A stretch of DNA of 63,981 bases, counting the filler, from Octopus bimaculoides (lineage: Eukaryota): the NCBI RefSeq assembly GCF_001194135.2. It is 8 parts of 8 records of this genome, joined end to end, with 100 filler letters (N's around TTAATTAATTAA, not from the genome) between each part and the next. Parts side by side here need not be neighbours in the genome. Positions count along the whole stretch, not along the records: positions 37,505 to 50,204 come from NC_068987.1; positions 50,305 to 55,909 come from NC_069005.1; positions 56,010 to 59,488 come from NC_068998.1; positions 59,589 to 61,431 come from NW_026329513.1; 4 more parts are not named here. The stretch is one strand, 5' to 3'. How positions within the stretch are numbered: the stretch's first letter is position 1; each line of letters starts with the position of its first letter. The translations under genes were made by a program, and so were the position numbers. Below, one piece after another: positions 47,465 to 60,091 of this stretch. The notes beneath the pieces were generated by a model. It was not told the origin of the DNA and ran no database searches. It worked only from the letters and a program-made list of their open reading frames with translations.

Positions 47465-48925
47465 AATTAAAGAACAAAAATGCACACACTTTACATAGCT
47501 TTAATATCATTTTTAATATATCTTATTTTGTGTTTCTCAACCAGTTTCGCTTTTGCTAATCATGACATTAACATTTATTTAAATGCATATTTTCTTAAGA
47601 AAAATTTGTTTTGTCCATGTGTGTGTGGCGTTTATGAATGAATGATTCAACAAGTAGTTAAATCTAAGGGGAGGTAATCGGTTATCATTATTATTGTGGA
47701 CAAGGGAGATAATTGTTCCTCTTTCAGCATAGGAGTGTCCGCAACCTGAGCATTTTATTACATAAATTAGATTCTCAGAGGCATAAGTGAAGTTGGTTTT
47801 AATTGTGAATCTCTCTTCTTGTTTGAAAAGGAAATCCAAGCCTTCAAGTAGGTTGGAGCATCCACATTTTTTAACCATTGGTTTTGTGGTTGTTGTGTAA
47901 AGCTTCACACTTGTTAGAAGTCTCTTTAGCGATTTGTGTTGCTTTTTGCATTTGATGAATTTATATGCTTTCAGGATGTTGTTCATTTTTGGGTCTCTAG
48001 TTAGTAAAAGAAGATTTTGCACAGTAGTGTTGTATGCCTCATTGTTTCTAAGGTTGTGTGTTGATATATACAGTAGTGTTTTGAGATGAGGTGTGACGTT
48101 ATGTTTTGTTGTCCTGAGTGTTTTTATGTCCAATTTCTTGGCATGCTTAAGTGAGGGTGGATATTGTCTTTCAGTCAGTGTTGTTCTGAGGTCTTGAAGA
48201 CGAAGGTCGTGAGTAGTTCTATCAGACACTATTGTGCAAGTCCTTTTTGCCAAATTAAAGGGGATACTTATTTTGATGTGTTTCAGGTAGCATGAGCTAA
48301 AAAGGAGATATTGCTTCGAGTCCATTGGTTTATAATAGATGTTACTTGTAATTTGGTTGTTGACTTTTTTTTAACATAATATCCGAAAATGGGAGCTGCT
48401 CTTTACTGTATTCTAGTGAATTGAATGTTACTGTTCATATCATTTATTGTTGATTTGAATTCCAAAATTTTATCTCCTTCCAAATGATAAAAGAGTCATC
48501 CAAGTTGTTTCTTTGCCAGTTTTCTCTTATGTAATGGTGAAATGGATAACCATATTTTTGCAGTGTCACTTCATATATGGTGAATTCAAAATAACCCATT
48601 ATCAGTTTCGCAAGAACAAGGGCTGCTTTTGTTCCCATCACATTTCCACATATTTTTATGATAGTTGATGACATCAAATAGGAAATAATTGTTCTCAAGT
48701 ATAAATTTTAAAGATTCAATAATAAAGATATGATTTATGTGTTCCAGAAGTACTTCGGGATACTTTTCCAACCAGAATTTAATTGCTTTTATTCCATAGT
48801 CATGTTGTACGTTGGTGTAAAGATTGATAACATCGAAGGAAACTAATAATGCCTCTTCATTAATTCTTTTTGGTAGGTGCTCTAGCATGTCTAAATCATC
48901 TCTAATGAAACTTTTGATGTGTGTG
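47465..48925 (-). mobile_element. Penelope-like retroelement, Neptune-like (RT, Cys linker, start of GIY-YIG), degenerate
   Basis: LLVSFDVINLYTNV (motif A), GNVMGTKAA...MGYFE (motif B'), LDDSFIIW (motif C), SKQYLLFSSC...SIPFNLAKR (thumb), KKCGCS...TNFT.ASENLIYVIKCSGCG; 3' pseudo-LTR with a hammerhead-like relic. Confidence 0.85.
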
Positions 48926-48933
48926 TGGGTGTG

Positions 48934-49470
48934 TCATCATCATCATCATCGTTTAACGTCTGCTTTCCATGCTAGCATGGGTTGGACGATTTGACTGAGG
49001 ACTGGTGAAACCAGATGGCTACACCAGGCTCCAATCTGATTTGGCAGAGTTTCTACAGCTGGATGCCCTTCCTAACGCCAACCACTCAGAGAGTGTAGAG
49101 GGTGCTTTTACGTGTCACCCACACGAAGGCCAGTCAGGCAGTACTGGCAACAGCCACACTCAAAATGGTGTATTTTATGTGCCAACCGCACAAGAGCCAG
49201 TCCAGGGGCACTGGCAACGATCTCGCTTGAAAATCCTACAAAGGCCAGTCAGGCGGTACTGGCAACGGCCACGCTCAAAATGGTGTATTTTATGTGCCAC
49301 CTGCACAAGAGCCAGTCCAGAGGCACTGGCAACGATCTCGCTCGAAAATCCTTACACATGTCATGGGCTAGGCGACGCTGGGCACAGGTGCTATCCTGAT
49401 TTCGCTTGCCCCAATAAGTCTTTGCAAGCTGAGTTTCGTGTTCAATGAAGGAGACGACGTTGGCACGGGG
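48934..49470 (-). mobile_element. RTE 3' UTR copy with internal 115-bp tandem duplication
   Basis: Reverse complement of the RTE tail; units at 49126-49240 and 49241-49355. Confidence 0.85.
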
Positions 49471-49731
49471 GGTGTGTATAAAATAGTGCAAAACAAGAGG
49501 ATTGTTTTTCAGTAAAATAAAGCAGCATACAGTTAAAACATAAAAATAAATATAGAATAGTGGTAGAACAATGCACCAATATTTACTGGAAATAGCAGTT
49601 GATAATATACAACGCTATAATGAGGCTTCACTGTCTATATATACTGTCAAATTTGTGAAACTTTATTATAGTGTTGTATATTATCAACTGCTTTTAAATA
49701 TTCATGCATTGTTGTACCACTATTCTGTATT

Positions 49732-49762
<31 letters not shown>

Positions 49763-49981
49763 TTAGAAAAATATATACATACACACATATATATGCATAC
49801 ATATATATCTACATATAAACATATATATATACATATACACATATATATATATATACATATACATATATATATATATATATATATACACATACATTTACAT
49901 ATATATATATATACACATACATTTGCATATATATACATATATATATACATATACATTTACACACACACATATATATATATA

Positions 49982-50204
49982 TCATCATCATCGTTTAACG
50001 TCCGCTTTCCATGCTAGCATGGGTTGGACGATTCGACTGAGGACTGGTGAAACCGGATGGCAACACCAGGCTCCAGTCTAATTTGGCAGAGTTTCTACAG
50101 CTGGATGCCCTTCCTAATGCCAACCACTCAGAGAGTGTAGTGGGTGCTTTTACGTGTCACCCGCACGAAAACGGCCACGCTCGAAATGGTGTCTTTTATG
50201 TGCC
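49982..50204 (-). mobile_element. RTE 3' tail copy (cut by a linker)
   Basis: (CAT)n-cgtttaacgtccgctttccatgctagcatgggttggacg. Confidence 0.88.
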
Positions 50205-50599
50205 NNNNNNNNNNNNNNNNNNNNNNNNNNNNNNNNNNNNNNNNNNNNTTAATTAATTAANNNNNNNNNNNNNNNNNNNNNNNNNNNNNNNNNNNNNNNN
50301 NNNNATAGAAAATACGTATTCGTCTTTATATATTTAATCCTTTATATTGAACACTCAATATTTCATCTATTCAATAAGACATATTCCATATATTCAATAA
50401 GACATTCAATACTTTATTTCATTGTACCATCCATTTTTATATTACATATTGTATATTCCATATTCTATATCCCACATTAATTTTACAAGAATATAAATAA
50501 AACATAAAGAACAGACAGAGTTGGAACTCTTTTAAACAAAATAATATATTCCTCTATACACAATTATACAAAACCCCTTTTTTTGTATTTATTTTTACT

Positions 50600-50645
<46 letters not shown>

Positions 50646-50646
50646 C

Positions 50647-50677
<31 letters not shown>

Positions 50678-50684
50678 ATTATGA

Positions 50685-50816
50685 AGCTCGCTTTTCAAAC
50701 ACATAGTTCTAGTTCCCAGTGCAACACCGTGAACAACCAGCTGTCTTGAGACTTAATCTGGTAGATGGAAACTGTTTGGAAGCCCATCGTATATGCGAGT
50801 GTGCGCGTGAGTATGC

Positions 50817-50860
<44 letters not shown>

Positions 50861-51055
50861 ATCTATGTTGTGTACCACACTGCTTGACAACAAGTGTTGA
50901 TTTGTTTACTTTCCCGTAACGAAGCGGTTCGACATAAGACACCGATAGAGTAAGTACAAAACTTAAAAATGTGTTATAAAAGCGATTTGTTTGACTAAAC
51001 AGTTTCAAGGACAGAACTCCAGCATGGTCGCAGTCTAGCGACTGAAACAAAAGAC
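50685..51055 (+). mobile_element. SINE family A, diverged
   Basis: Head, (TG)n and tail are recognisable (ggtagatggaaactg...cttgacaacaagtg...ccagcatggtcgcagtc). Confidence 0.75.
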
Positions 51056-51786
51056 TGTATACACACACACATATTTAATACACGTGTGTGTATGTATGTA
51101 GTCTTAATGTCAGTTTTAATTTATTATCCTTCAGACAACGTTTTCTACGACAGACTTAATTTCAGTAAACACATGCCAAGAAAATAGTTATAAACTTCAC
51201 CGGAAAATCTTATTACTCCCATGCTTGATATCTTTCCTTGTTGCTTTTTTTTTTTGCTTTATTTTCATATCAAGTCTCTACATATCCTAAGCACATATAA
51301 ATGTACTTCTCGATAGAAAATATTAAAATTATTGTCGTGCTGCGATGATGTTTTAATAATTTCTAAACAGTTGTCAACCGAACAATTATAATATGCAAAT
51401 TAGCACACAATTACTGTCATTAAAACATGGAGTTTTCTATGAAGCTATTGTGTTGACGACATGGTGACATTGAATAAATAAACGGGCATCTGTTGAAACC
51501 TAAATTGCAATTACATACACACCACACCAAAAATCCAAGGTAACTTCATCCATTTATCTTTTCCAAAGAAAAATATAAAATTGAAACATGAGCATTCATC
51601 AGTACAGTAAGTTCAAGCAAAAATTAAAAGCTATGGTAGTCTTTTCTAATATAGGTATAACGTCTGAAATTTTTGTGCGGAAGAGTTAGTCGATTACATA
51701 GATCCCAATGTGTAACTGGTACTTTATTTTATTGGTTCCGAAAAAGTGAAAGGCAAAGTTGGCTTCGGTTGGATTTCTACTATAGA

Positions 51787-52045
51787 AAATGAAGAAGGTA
51801 AAGATAGTGCCAATTATTTTTGGGTCCTTGGGGTTTGTACCAGAAGGCATCAAGCGGAATATAAAGGAAATCGGAATAAGGTACCCAATAGAGTTGTTAC
51901 GGAAGCTTTGCCTCCTTAGCACGTCCAGAAAACTGAGGTAAGTATTAAATAGTTGAAAAGAACAGATACCATGGTCCCGTAGGATGCAGGTAGCAAGCCC
52001 GCTACCTATGCAAGACTCCAACGAAACCTGAGTTAAAGAACAATA
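51787..52045 (+). mobile_element. R4/Dong-like REL C-terminal fragment with 3' UTR
   Basis: MKKVKIVPIIFGSLGFVPEGIKRNIKEIGIRYPIELLRKLCLLSTSRKLR*VLNS*. Confidence 0.7.
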
Positions 52046-52379
52046 TTATTGATGATGATTATGAAGGCGTACATGGGTAATAGAATGAGGGAAGCTCCAT
52101 GAAATATGAGTGTACATGGTATCGTTAAAGCGAACTGAAATAATTATATAGAACAACTATTTCAATTCAAACACATCACCCTTAAACCCTTAAACCCTTA
52201 AACCGATCGGAATATGATATAACTATCAGATGCACTTCAAGGAAAAAACCGTTTGCGAAGAGAGATGAAGTTCAAAGTAAACACGCTGTGTCTAGAAAAA
52301 CTATTTAAAAGTAAACACATGCAGACTGATTGATGCAATAATGGATCAAGAAAAGCTAAAGCCGAAATATATATTCTCT

Positions 52380-52760
52380 CGTTGTATAAGGGAACAATAT
52401 ATAAGCAAACTAGGAAGCTGGTTTATACAAAAGAATGTGGTTTTAGATAAGGAAACAAAGCAAAGAACAAATGTAAAAGCAAAACGAAAGGGAAAATGAT
52501 AAAATCATACTTGAAAAGCAAATGAAAAAAAATCAAGAGAAAGAACAAAACCCCTTCCTCCGCCATAGTCAGTGTATTCAGGGAGAAAGTGGACTAATAT
52601 GCAATGGAACAATGGTTGAAAAGCTCCAGAATAAATAGATGAATCCCTAAGCATAAGATCAATGCCTGGTCCAAACATTTACTACTTAATGGAGTAACAA
52701 GAAGTTAATGTTACTACACAGACTTCAGCCTACAAAAAACAACTTAAAGAATAGACCATA

Positions 52761-52810
<50 letters not shown>
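52380..52810 (+). mobile_element. Degenerate R4/Dong-like fragment abutting (TTA)n
   Basis: KPL..HSQ...QWLKSS...A*DQCL resembles the KPLHGQY...WL......E....AAQDQ.L region. Confidence 0.5.
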
Positions 52811-53151
52811 GATCATTTCCCCGTTGTTCAGGTTGAATATATGTCAATGAGATGGATAGTTGTTAGAAAGATTTGCCACACAAATTATTTGAGATCTTTA
52901 GTTTTATACTTTGGTACACATAAGTATACCAATCTCGGTATTCCGAAATGAAGACGATCCCACAAATCAACCACAACCACCATCACAAATGCCATCCCCA
53001 CCATGAAACTAAATATCTATTATTCTTTGATTTCTGATCGATCTATCGATGAATTGCGAATGCTGAAGTATCACATGGAAAGGGAGAAATTACAGTCAGT
53101 CGTCACTCGCAACCGTGTATGGATTAGTAAGATGTATCACACTTTCTTATT

Positions 53152-53367
53152 TCTTTATTGCCCACAAGGGGCTAAACATAGAGGGGACAAACAAGGACAG
53201 ACAAAGGGATTAAGTCGATTACATCGACCCAGTGCGTAACTGGTACTTAATTTATCGACCCCGAGAGGATGAAAGGCAAAGTCGACCTTGGCGGAATTTG
53301 AACTCAGAACGTAACGGCAGACGAAATACCACTAAGCATTTCGTCCGGTGTGCGAACGTTTCTGCCA
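53152..53367 (-). mobile_element. SINE family B (variant 3' end)
   Basis: ctggtacttaatttatcgaccccgagaggatgaaaggcaaagtcgaccttggcggaatttgaactcagaacg. Confidence 0.9.
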
Positions 53368-53399
53368 CTTTCAGTAATTGTTTTAGATGTGAATATAGT

Positions 53400-53625
53400 C
53401 AAAGCAGACACAGGCACCCTTGCGACCCGTCACTCTTGATCAAGTGGAGCATCCAGGATATGCCTGCTGGAGGAGAGAGGCCTGCGCCAACCCCGTAGCT
53501 GATACTCATTTACAACTCAGTAGACTGGAACAACACGAAATAAATCGCCTTGTCCAAGGATAGAACTCGCCGGCCTGTCTAAGAAATGAACCCACGAACT
53601 TATGATCGTCAACCGGTCACAGTAC
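53400..53625 (-). mobile_element. Old CORE-type SINE
   Basis: actcatttacaactcagtagactggaacaacacgaaataaatcgccttgtccaagga is the reverse complement of a MIR/CORE-like domain. Confidence 0.55.
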
Positions 53626-54989
53626 CCAATAGGACATTTGCCTTTCCTTCACAGAAAGTTAGCCATACGGTTTCTAAATACAAGCACGTAGATATTGAAA
53701 TAAACAATAAATTATAATATAACCCTTTCTACTAAAGAGAGAGAGAGAGAGAGAGAGAAAGAAAGAAAGATGATGATGAAGAAACCTATTACAAAACTGG
53801 ACTAATTCGTTTATGAATGGGGCTCCGTGAAAATGAGAGGTAGACTTAACCTGGGCCGGATGTGAGCCGAGAGCAAAGGGAAATATAACGCAAAGTGTTT
53901 TATCCGACGCTTCATTTCTGCATCCTTTATCTATGAAACATCATTTACTCCAAGATATACATATCCATTTTCAAAACGTTCCCACAGATTCGAATGTGAA
54001 AAGGTTAATTACTTTTGTTTTCTGCCATTCGAGATGAACTTCTTTCAAGCAAATGTGTATTCATAACACACTCGATTAATTATCGTAAGGCGACTTTTAA
54101 GGGACACCCGGTGTTTTGTCGTTATTGTGTTCTTAGCCAAAACCATCCAGGACTAATGAATCTAAATACTATCATCGTAATGTTTGGCACTTTTCTTATT
54201 AAACGATAAGCTACAAGTGTAATCTGTTCATTAATTACAGAACGCACTGACTTCATATTATAATTTTAATAAGTGGAAGATTATAACAGAGCTGCTGGGC
54301 GAATTTATTCTAATGAAGTGCAATGCTGCGAGTAAAATGTTTCTTTTTATCCAATGAACCCGTCCAAATTTTTTTTAATTAGTATTCTTCAGAAATTTCT
54401 TGACTAATTGCGCTTAAAATAATTAATGATTTATATTAATATCTCATCTACACAACGTACATTATTTAAATCAATATACCGACTTGAACGATGTCTATAA
54501 CATAATGTATGTATATCGTTATTTTATATAATTAAACGTAAAACGATTCGAGCTGTAATAATTTTTTTCTCAGAGAAAATTCTCAGTAAATTTATGTCCA
54601 CAGAAGAAGTTTCTTTGAGAGGTTTCGAAGACAACATTTTGAAGTTAGGTTCATTCTACGTCTGCGTATACATTATGAATATACACACACTTTGAATTAT
54701 TTTCACACAAAAACCTACATGGGTGAGTCGTTCTGAAGGAATTATATCGTTTGCTACCTACGTCACTATACCTACCAACATTCAGAGTCGCTTCTCTCCT
54801 AGCATTCGTTTAATTTTTAATTACTTAATCAATATGGAAATTGTGTCCATTCTCCTCCTCCCACTAATATTATCTATGCTAGCTACAAGAATTAACATAG
54901 TGTACGTATTCGACCTCCCGTAGGAGTCTTTCCATTAGCATACACACACACACAAACACACATATATATGTGTGTGTGTATGTATGTAT

Positions 54990-55200
54990 GCATATATATA
55001 TATTTGTGTCTGTGTTTGTCCCCCTACAATCGCTTGAAAACCCATGTTGTGTGTACGTCCCCGTAACTTAGTGATTCTACAAAAGAGACCAACAGAATAA
55101 GTACTAGGCTTACAAAGAATAAGTCTTGGGGTCGACTTGTTCGACTAAAGGCGGTACTACAGCATGGCCACGGTCAAATGACTGAAACAAATAAAAGAAT
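54990..55200 (+). mobile_element. SINE family A, 3' half
   Basis: tgtgtttgtcccc...cgtccccgtaacttag...gaataagtactaggcttacaaagaataagtc. Confidence 0.85.
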
Positions 55201-56009
55201 GTGTGTGTGTGTGTGTGTGTGTGTTGGCACGTAGATGAAGATGGTTTATAATATAAACTAGAGTTATCATTTACTATGTTAGTGTGTTTGCTTGTCCTTT
55301 AGTCGACAGACTTTCAATATATATTACTTTAGATTATGTGTAGGACACCGCGTCCACATGATAGATGATAGTTATGCAGTGGAAAGTCTTTCATTATCAA
55401 AACGATACAAAACTAAATTATATTCAGATATGTGCTAAAAGTAAAACGATATTAGTTGATGACTAATATCATTTTCAATGGCAACAACTACAGACGCGGT
55501 TCACCTTCCAGAATACCGCCATTTGATTTCCGTGACTTGCTTAAGTATTATTGCGTAAATCGCTATAACTGAGATATTAAAGTGAGCGTCAGCATACTTA
55601 ATATCAGCAAACAGTAACAGAAATACTGACAAAATGAATTCGGCTGACGAATATCTCGCCTCTAAAGTTTCATACACAGAAATGTGTGCGTGCGTGTGTA
55701 TATTTTTGCGTGTGCGTGCGTGTGTATATATTTGCGTGTGCGTGTGTGTGCTGCTACCATTAGTATTGAGTTTCTTCCCTACCAACAGATGTTCTATTTT
55801 ACATTCTTAAACTTGCTTTAAAGTAATAACGTGAATTCTCCCACCTCACATACACACACACACACACACGCACGCGCACACACACGCGCACACACACACA
55901 CACACATATNNNNNNNNNNNNNNNNNNNNNNNNNNNNNNNNNNNNNNNNNNNNTTAATTAATTAANNNNNNNNNNNNNNNNNNNNNNNNNNNNNNNNNNN
56001 NNNNNNNNN

Positions 56010-56332
56010 AGTATGGAGTTCTGTGTCAGGCGTTCCTTAAGCCTTCTGTCCCACCATACCATGAAAAGATTGGCCACATCACCGGCGATACTAACCCCGA
56101 TGGCTGCCCCCTCGTCCTGGGCGTATAATTTGTTGTTAAATTTAAAGGTGTGGCCTTTTAGGGTGACCTTTATACTAGCTCCTAGTGCATGTGCGATCAT
56201 TTTCTTTACCTGGTGGATATTAGTGGGGGTCCGTATGGCTCTGGTCCATCCACTCCATCTCTCTATAGGGGTCTTCCTAGCCATAGAGGTAATTGTGGGT
56301 GGTCTACCTCTTAGACGTCTACTAGGGCAGAA
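56010..56332 (-). mobile_element. Penelope-like RT fragment resembling the Naiad clade
   Basis: Uninterrupted frame FCPSRRLRGRPPTITSMARKTPIERWSGWTRAIRTPTNIHQVKKMIAHALGASIKVTLKGHTFKFNNKLYAQDEGAAIGVSIAGDVANLFMVWWDRRLKERL; motif B' QxxGxAIG with MxWWD and a long insertion before it; starts at an (AT)n tract. Confidence 0.7.
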
Positions 56333-56354
56333 ATATATATATATATATGCGTAA

Positions 56355-56510
56355 AGTCTATTTTAGCTTCCGTCTACCAGATCCACTAACAGGGCTTTGG
56401 TCGGCCCGTAGTTATAGTAGAAGACACATTCCCAAGGTGCCACGCAGTGGGACTGAACCCTGAAGCATATAGATGGGAAGTAAGCTTCTTACCACACACC
56501 CATACGCCTT
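56355..56510 (-). mobile_element. SINE family A head
   Basis: ccaaggtgccacgcagtgggactgaaccc...cttcttaccacac. Confidence 0.8.
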
Positions 56511-56709
56511 TAGAAAAATAAGGGACATAACTCTCTCATTCTTAGCTTTACGTTTACGATATAAAAGTTTTCATATTATTCTACTGAGGTGGTGGTGGGC
56601 ATGAGAGGATCCTTTTTCTGGCCCGTCTTTTATATATTATTTTATTGTGATGTCATTTTGTCTTTCTAATTACACACAATTACACACAAAACAAATTATG
56701 AATAAACAT

Positions 56710-56851
56710 AGCTATGGTTACGAAAATATGGTAAGATGTTTGCTTGTCAATCTCACAGTTCCGGGTTCGTTAGGTGTGTTCTACTGTAACCACAGGTTGA
56801 CCAAAGCCTTGTGAGTTGATTCGGTAGATGGAAACTGAAAGAAACACGTTG

Positions 56852-56912
<61 letters not shown>

Positions 56913-57200
56913 GTGCGTGTGTGTATGTATGTACGTATGTATGTATGTGTGTGTATGTATGTATGTTTGTGTATGTATGTATGTATGTATGTGCGTGTGT
57001 TTGCGTGTGTAAGTATGTATGTGTGTGTGTGTATGTATGTATGTGTGTGTGTGTGAGTGTGTGTGTTTCCTCCGTTAGTGCTTCATAATAAAAGTTTGTT
57101 TACGTCATCATATTTTATCGGGGACGCTTCGTTCGACGTAAACCTATCAAGGACGTGCCCCATCATCGCCATAGTCCAATGACAGAAACAAGTAAAAGAT
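56710..57200 (+). mobile_element. Diverged SINE A with expanded internal (TG)n/(TATG)n
   Basis: Head 56710-56850, microsatellite 56850-57065, tail ending ...gtccaatgacagaaacaagtaaaaga. Confidence 0.7.
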
Positions 57201-57244
57201 TTTAAAAAAAAGATTATAATTAAATTTGAATTACTTTGGCTAAG

Positions 57245-57755
57245 TTAACCCATTAGCGCTCATGGGCCCTTTTTAAGACCAGACGGATAAGCCATCATAT
57301 TTCTGCAACACCTATATTTTTCTGAGATACCTTTAATTAGTCATCAAGACTGGAATGCCTTTCAGATATTGTAATAAATTTGTTTTTATATATATATTTA
57401 TTATCAGCTAAAACTGTATTTAAAAAAAAAATGGTAATAAATCAAATAGAAAAAATTGGGGCACTATTCTTAATTTTTCGTTTTAGGAATTTACAGAGAA
57501 GTTTTGCGAGATAGCATTCTACACAATTAGGAATTTACACAATTGATAAAAAAAAAAAAAAGAAAAAACCTTGAATTTTCGAAACTTTAAAAATCTTTTT
57601 GGTTAATTTTTCGAATTTTGTTTGTTTTTTTTTAAATCACAGCTTAAAATACGGACAGTCTGTGCTTTTTGGATTAAATCATTGCAACAGACCATTAAAT
57701 GTGTTTATGGGGAGACAAAGGAGCAGGATACGAGGTGGTCGGGAAGGGTACTAAA
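57245..57755. mobile_element. Possible piggyBac-type MITE
   Basis: Begins TTAA-CCC; the only right-end candidate is a degenerate GGGTACTAA near 57746-57754. Confidence 0.25.
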
Positions 57756-57949
57756 ATTAGCAGCTAAATAGGCTTTCGGAAATCATAAGAATTCCCTTGT
57801 GTACACCACAGATTCGCAAAAAATTTCTGAAAATTTCAGAAAGTTACGAGGGTTTATCTTCCGTGTACAAAGCAGAATTCTGCCCACTGTGTTTAATAGC
57901 AAAGTTGATACATACCGGAATGCGTTCGTCGTTCTGGTGTTCTTTATGA

Positions 57950-58150
57950 TGATAGTAGTAGTAGTAGTAGTAGTAATTATAAACGTTAACTTTATAGTGG
58001 GAGTAACAGAAGTAGTAGTGGTCGTCGTTGTTGCCGCACCAGTAGTAGAAGTGATAGTAGCGACAGCGGCAAAAATAGCAGTGATAGTAGTAGTAATAGC
58101 AGTAGTAGTAGTAGTTGTAGTAGTAGTAGTGGTGGTGGTGGTGGTGGTGA
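57950..58150. repeat. (GTA)n/(GTG)n trinucleotide tract
   Basis: Directly visible. Confidence 0.9.
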
Positions 58151-58524
58151 GAAAGAGACAGTCGAAACGATAAAATCCTTATAATTTGTTTAGTAAATTC
58201 CTCGGTTGTCATTCGACGAAAGTGTTTGTTAGAACAAGGAACATAACTCTCCGAATTTCAGTCTTACGCTTATAATACAGAAGTTAATGCTTTCTTTCTT
58301 TTTTTTTCTTCTTCTTTCCACTCGTCTTTTATTCTGTTTTATTAAAATGTCTTTTGTTTGTTCATATCTGATCACACACAAAACTCACCGTGAATAAAAC
58401 ATAGCTTTGGTTACGAAAATGTGGTAAGATATTTGCTTCGCAATCTCATGCTTCCGGGATCAGTTCTGCCACGTGGTATTTGGGGTAAGCGTGTCCTTCT
58501 ATAACCGCGGGCCGACTAAAGCCT

Positions 58525-58546
58525 ATTTATTATTATTATCATCATT

Positions 58547-58593
<47 letters not shown>

Positions 58594-58600
58594 TTTTAAA

Positions 58601-58655
<55 letters not shown>
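58525..58655. repeat. (TTA)n-(TCA)n-(TTA)n compound microsatellite
   Basis: Directly visible, between a SINE A head (58400-58530) and a SINE B. Confidence 0.95.
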
Positions 58656-58657
<2 letters not shown>

Positions 58658-58872
58658 GGTGGCGAGCTGGCTGAAACGTTAGCACGCTGGACGAAATGCT
58701 TAACAGTATTTCGTCCGTCGTTACGTTCTGAGTTCAAATTCCGCCGAGGTCGACTTTGCTTTTTCATCCTTTCTGGGCCGATAAATTAAGTACCAGTTGC
58801 GTACGGGGTTCGATCTAATCGACTGCCACCACCTCCCAAAATTTCGAGCCTTGTGCCAAGAGTAAAAAAGAT
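58656..58872 (+). mobile_element. SINE family B, full length (reference copy)
   Basis: aaggtggcgagctggctgaaacgttagcacg...ctgagttcaaattccgccgaggtcgactttgc..tttcatcctttc..gggccgataaattaagtaccagttgcgtacggggttcgatctaatcgac. Confidence 0.9.
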
Positions 58873-59837
58873 TATTGTTACTATTATTATTATTATTATT
58901 ATTAGTAGTAGTAGTAGTAAACAGGAAGTTATAGAAACCCGTAGAATGTATGTATGTATGTAGGCGGGGACGGGGCGAAACATTTCCTGGCTTCGGGTAC
59001 AGGAGGGTCAGTTAATTATGATTTTATCCAACAGAATACCCTCTCAGATTCATACACTTATTGCAGTGTTCCTTCAGATTTTTCCAGAAGGTTGGGCCTC
59101 CAACAAGGCCTTTGTCGGCCCCCTTAAAGTCAGTATGTTTTCAGCGTCCCCTAGTGTGTATGTATATATGTACATACATGCATACATACAAACACATACA
59201 TATGTATGTAGGCTTGCATGTGTGTGTGTTTGTATTTGTACCCTACCACCGTTTCATAAACTGTGTTGGTTTGTTTACGTTCCCGTAACTTATCGGTTTG
59301 TCATAAGAGTTAACTAGCATAAGCACCAGGCTTCGAAAATGGACGGAATTCTGTTGGTCACTCTGACGTATTGATGTTTTTCAATATCTTTCTCCTTATA
59401 AACACATTTAATGAGATTTAAGCCAAAAATTTGGACTGTCCATATTTTAAACTCTGATTTACAAAAAAAAAAAAAAAAAAAAAAAAAANNNNNNNNNNNN
59501 NNNNNNNNNNNNNNNNNNNNNNNNNNNNNNNNTTAATTAATTAANNNNNNNNNNNNNNNNNNNNNNNNNNNNNNNNNNNNNNNNNNNNTATATATATATA
59601 GTATGTATACACACACACAGGTTACAGTCTGTCTCTCCCGCAGCAAGTTTCGAAATATCACACGTTGTGTCGTCTTACAAGAACGCGTATACGACTATTA
59701 GTACAACAACTATTAATACTACTACTAATACCACAGCTGCTGTTGCATTTACAGGTACCACTACTACTGCTTCTGTCACTGCTACTGCACATGCCACTTC
59801 TACTACATCTGTGACTACTACTACAGTTATTTCTACT

Positions 59838-59871
<34 letters not shown>

Positions 59872-59904
59872 TTTCTACTATTGTTTCAAGATCTTACCTT
59901 TTTG

Positions 59905-60054
59905 GAATGTAGACGGGCCCAGTCGATTACATGGACCCCGAAAGGATTAAAGGCAAAGCGAACCTCGGCGGAATTTGAACTCAAAACGTAAAGACGGATG
60001 ATATGTCGCTAAGCATTTTTACCGGTGTGCTAACGATTTTGCCAGCTCGCTGCC

Positions 60055-60056
<2 letters not shown>
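59905..60056 (-). mobile_element. SINE family B with internal deletion
   Basis: cccgaaaggattaaaggcaaagcgaacctcggcggaatttgaactcaaaacg...gccagctcgctgcctt. Confidence 0.8.

Positions 60057-60091
<35 letters not shown>

Noticed and set aside
52179-52203. (CCCTTAAA)x3 telomere-like repeat
   Set aside because: Only three units, and it is not the TTAGGG repeat expected for molluscs.
55505-55661. Possible 157-nt minus-strand exon with a hydrophobic peptide (ARYSSAEFILSVFLLLFADIKY...)
   Set aside because: Plausible AG/GT ends, but a poor polypyrimidine tract, no recognisable family and no partner exons on this small piece.
59340-59488. Poly(A) tail suggesting a retrocopy
   Set aside because: No upstream ORF or TSD is visible, and the tract is cut by a linker.
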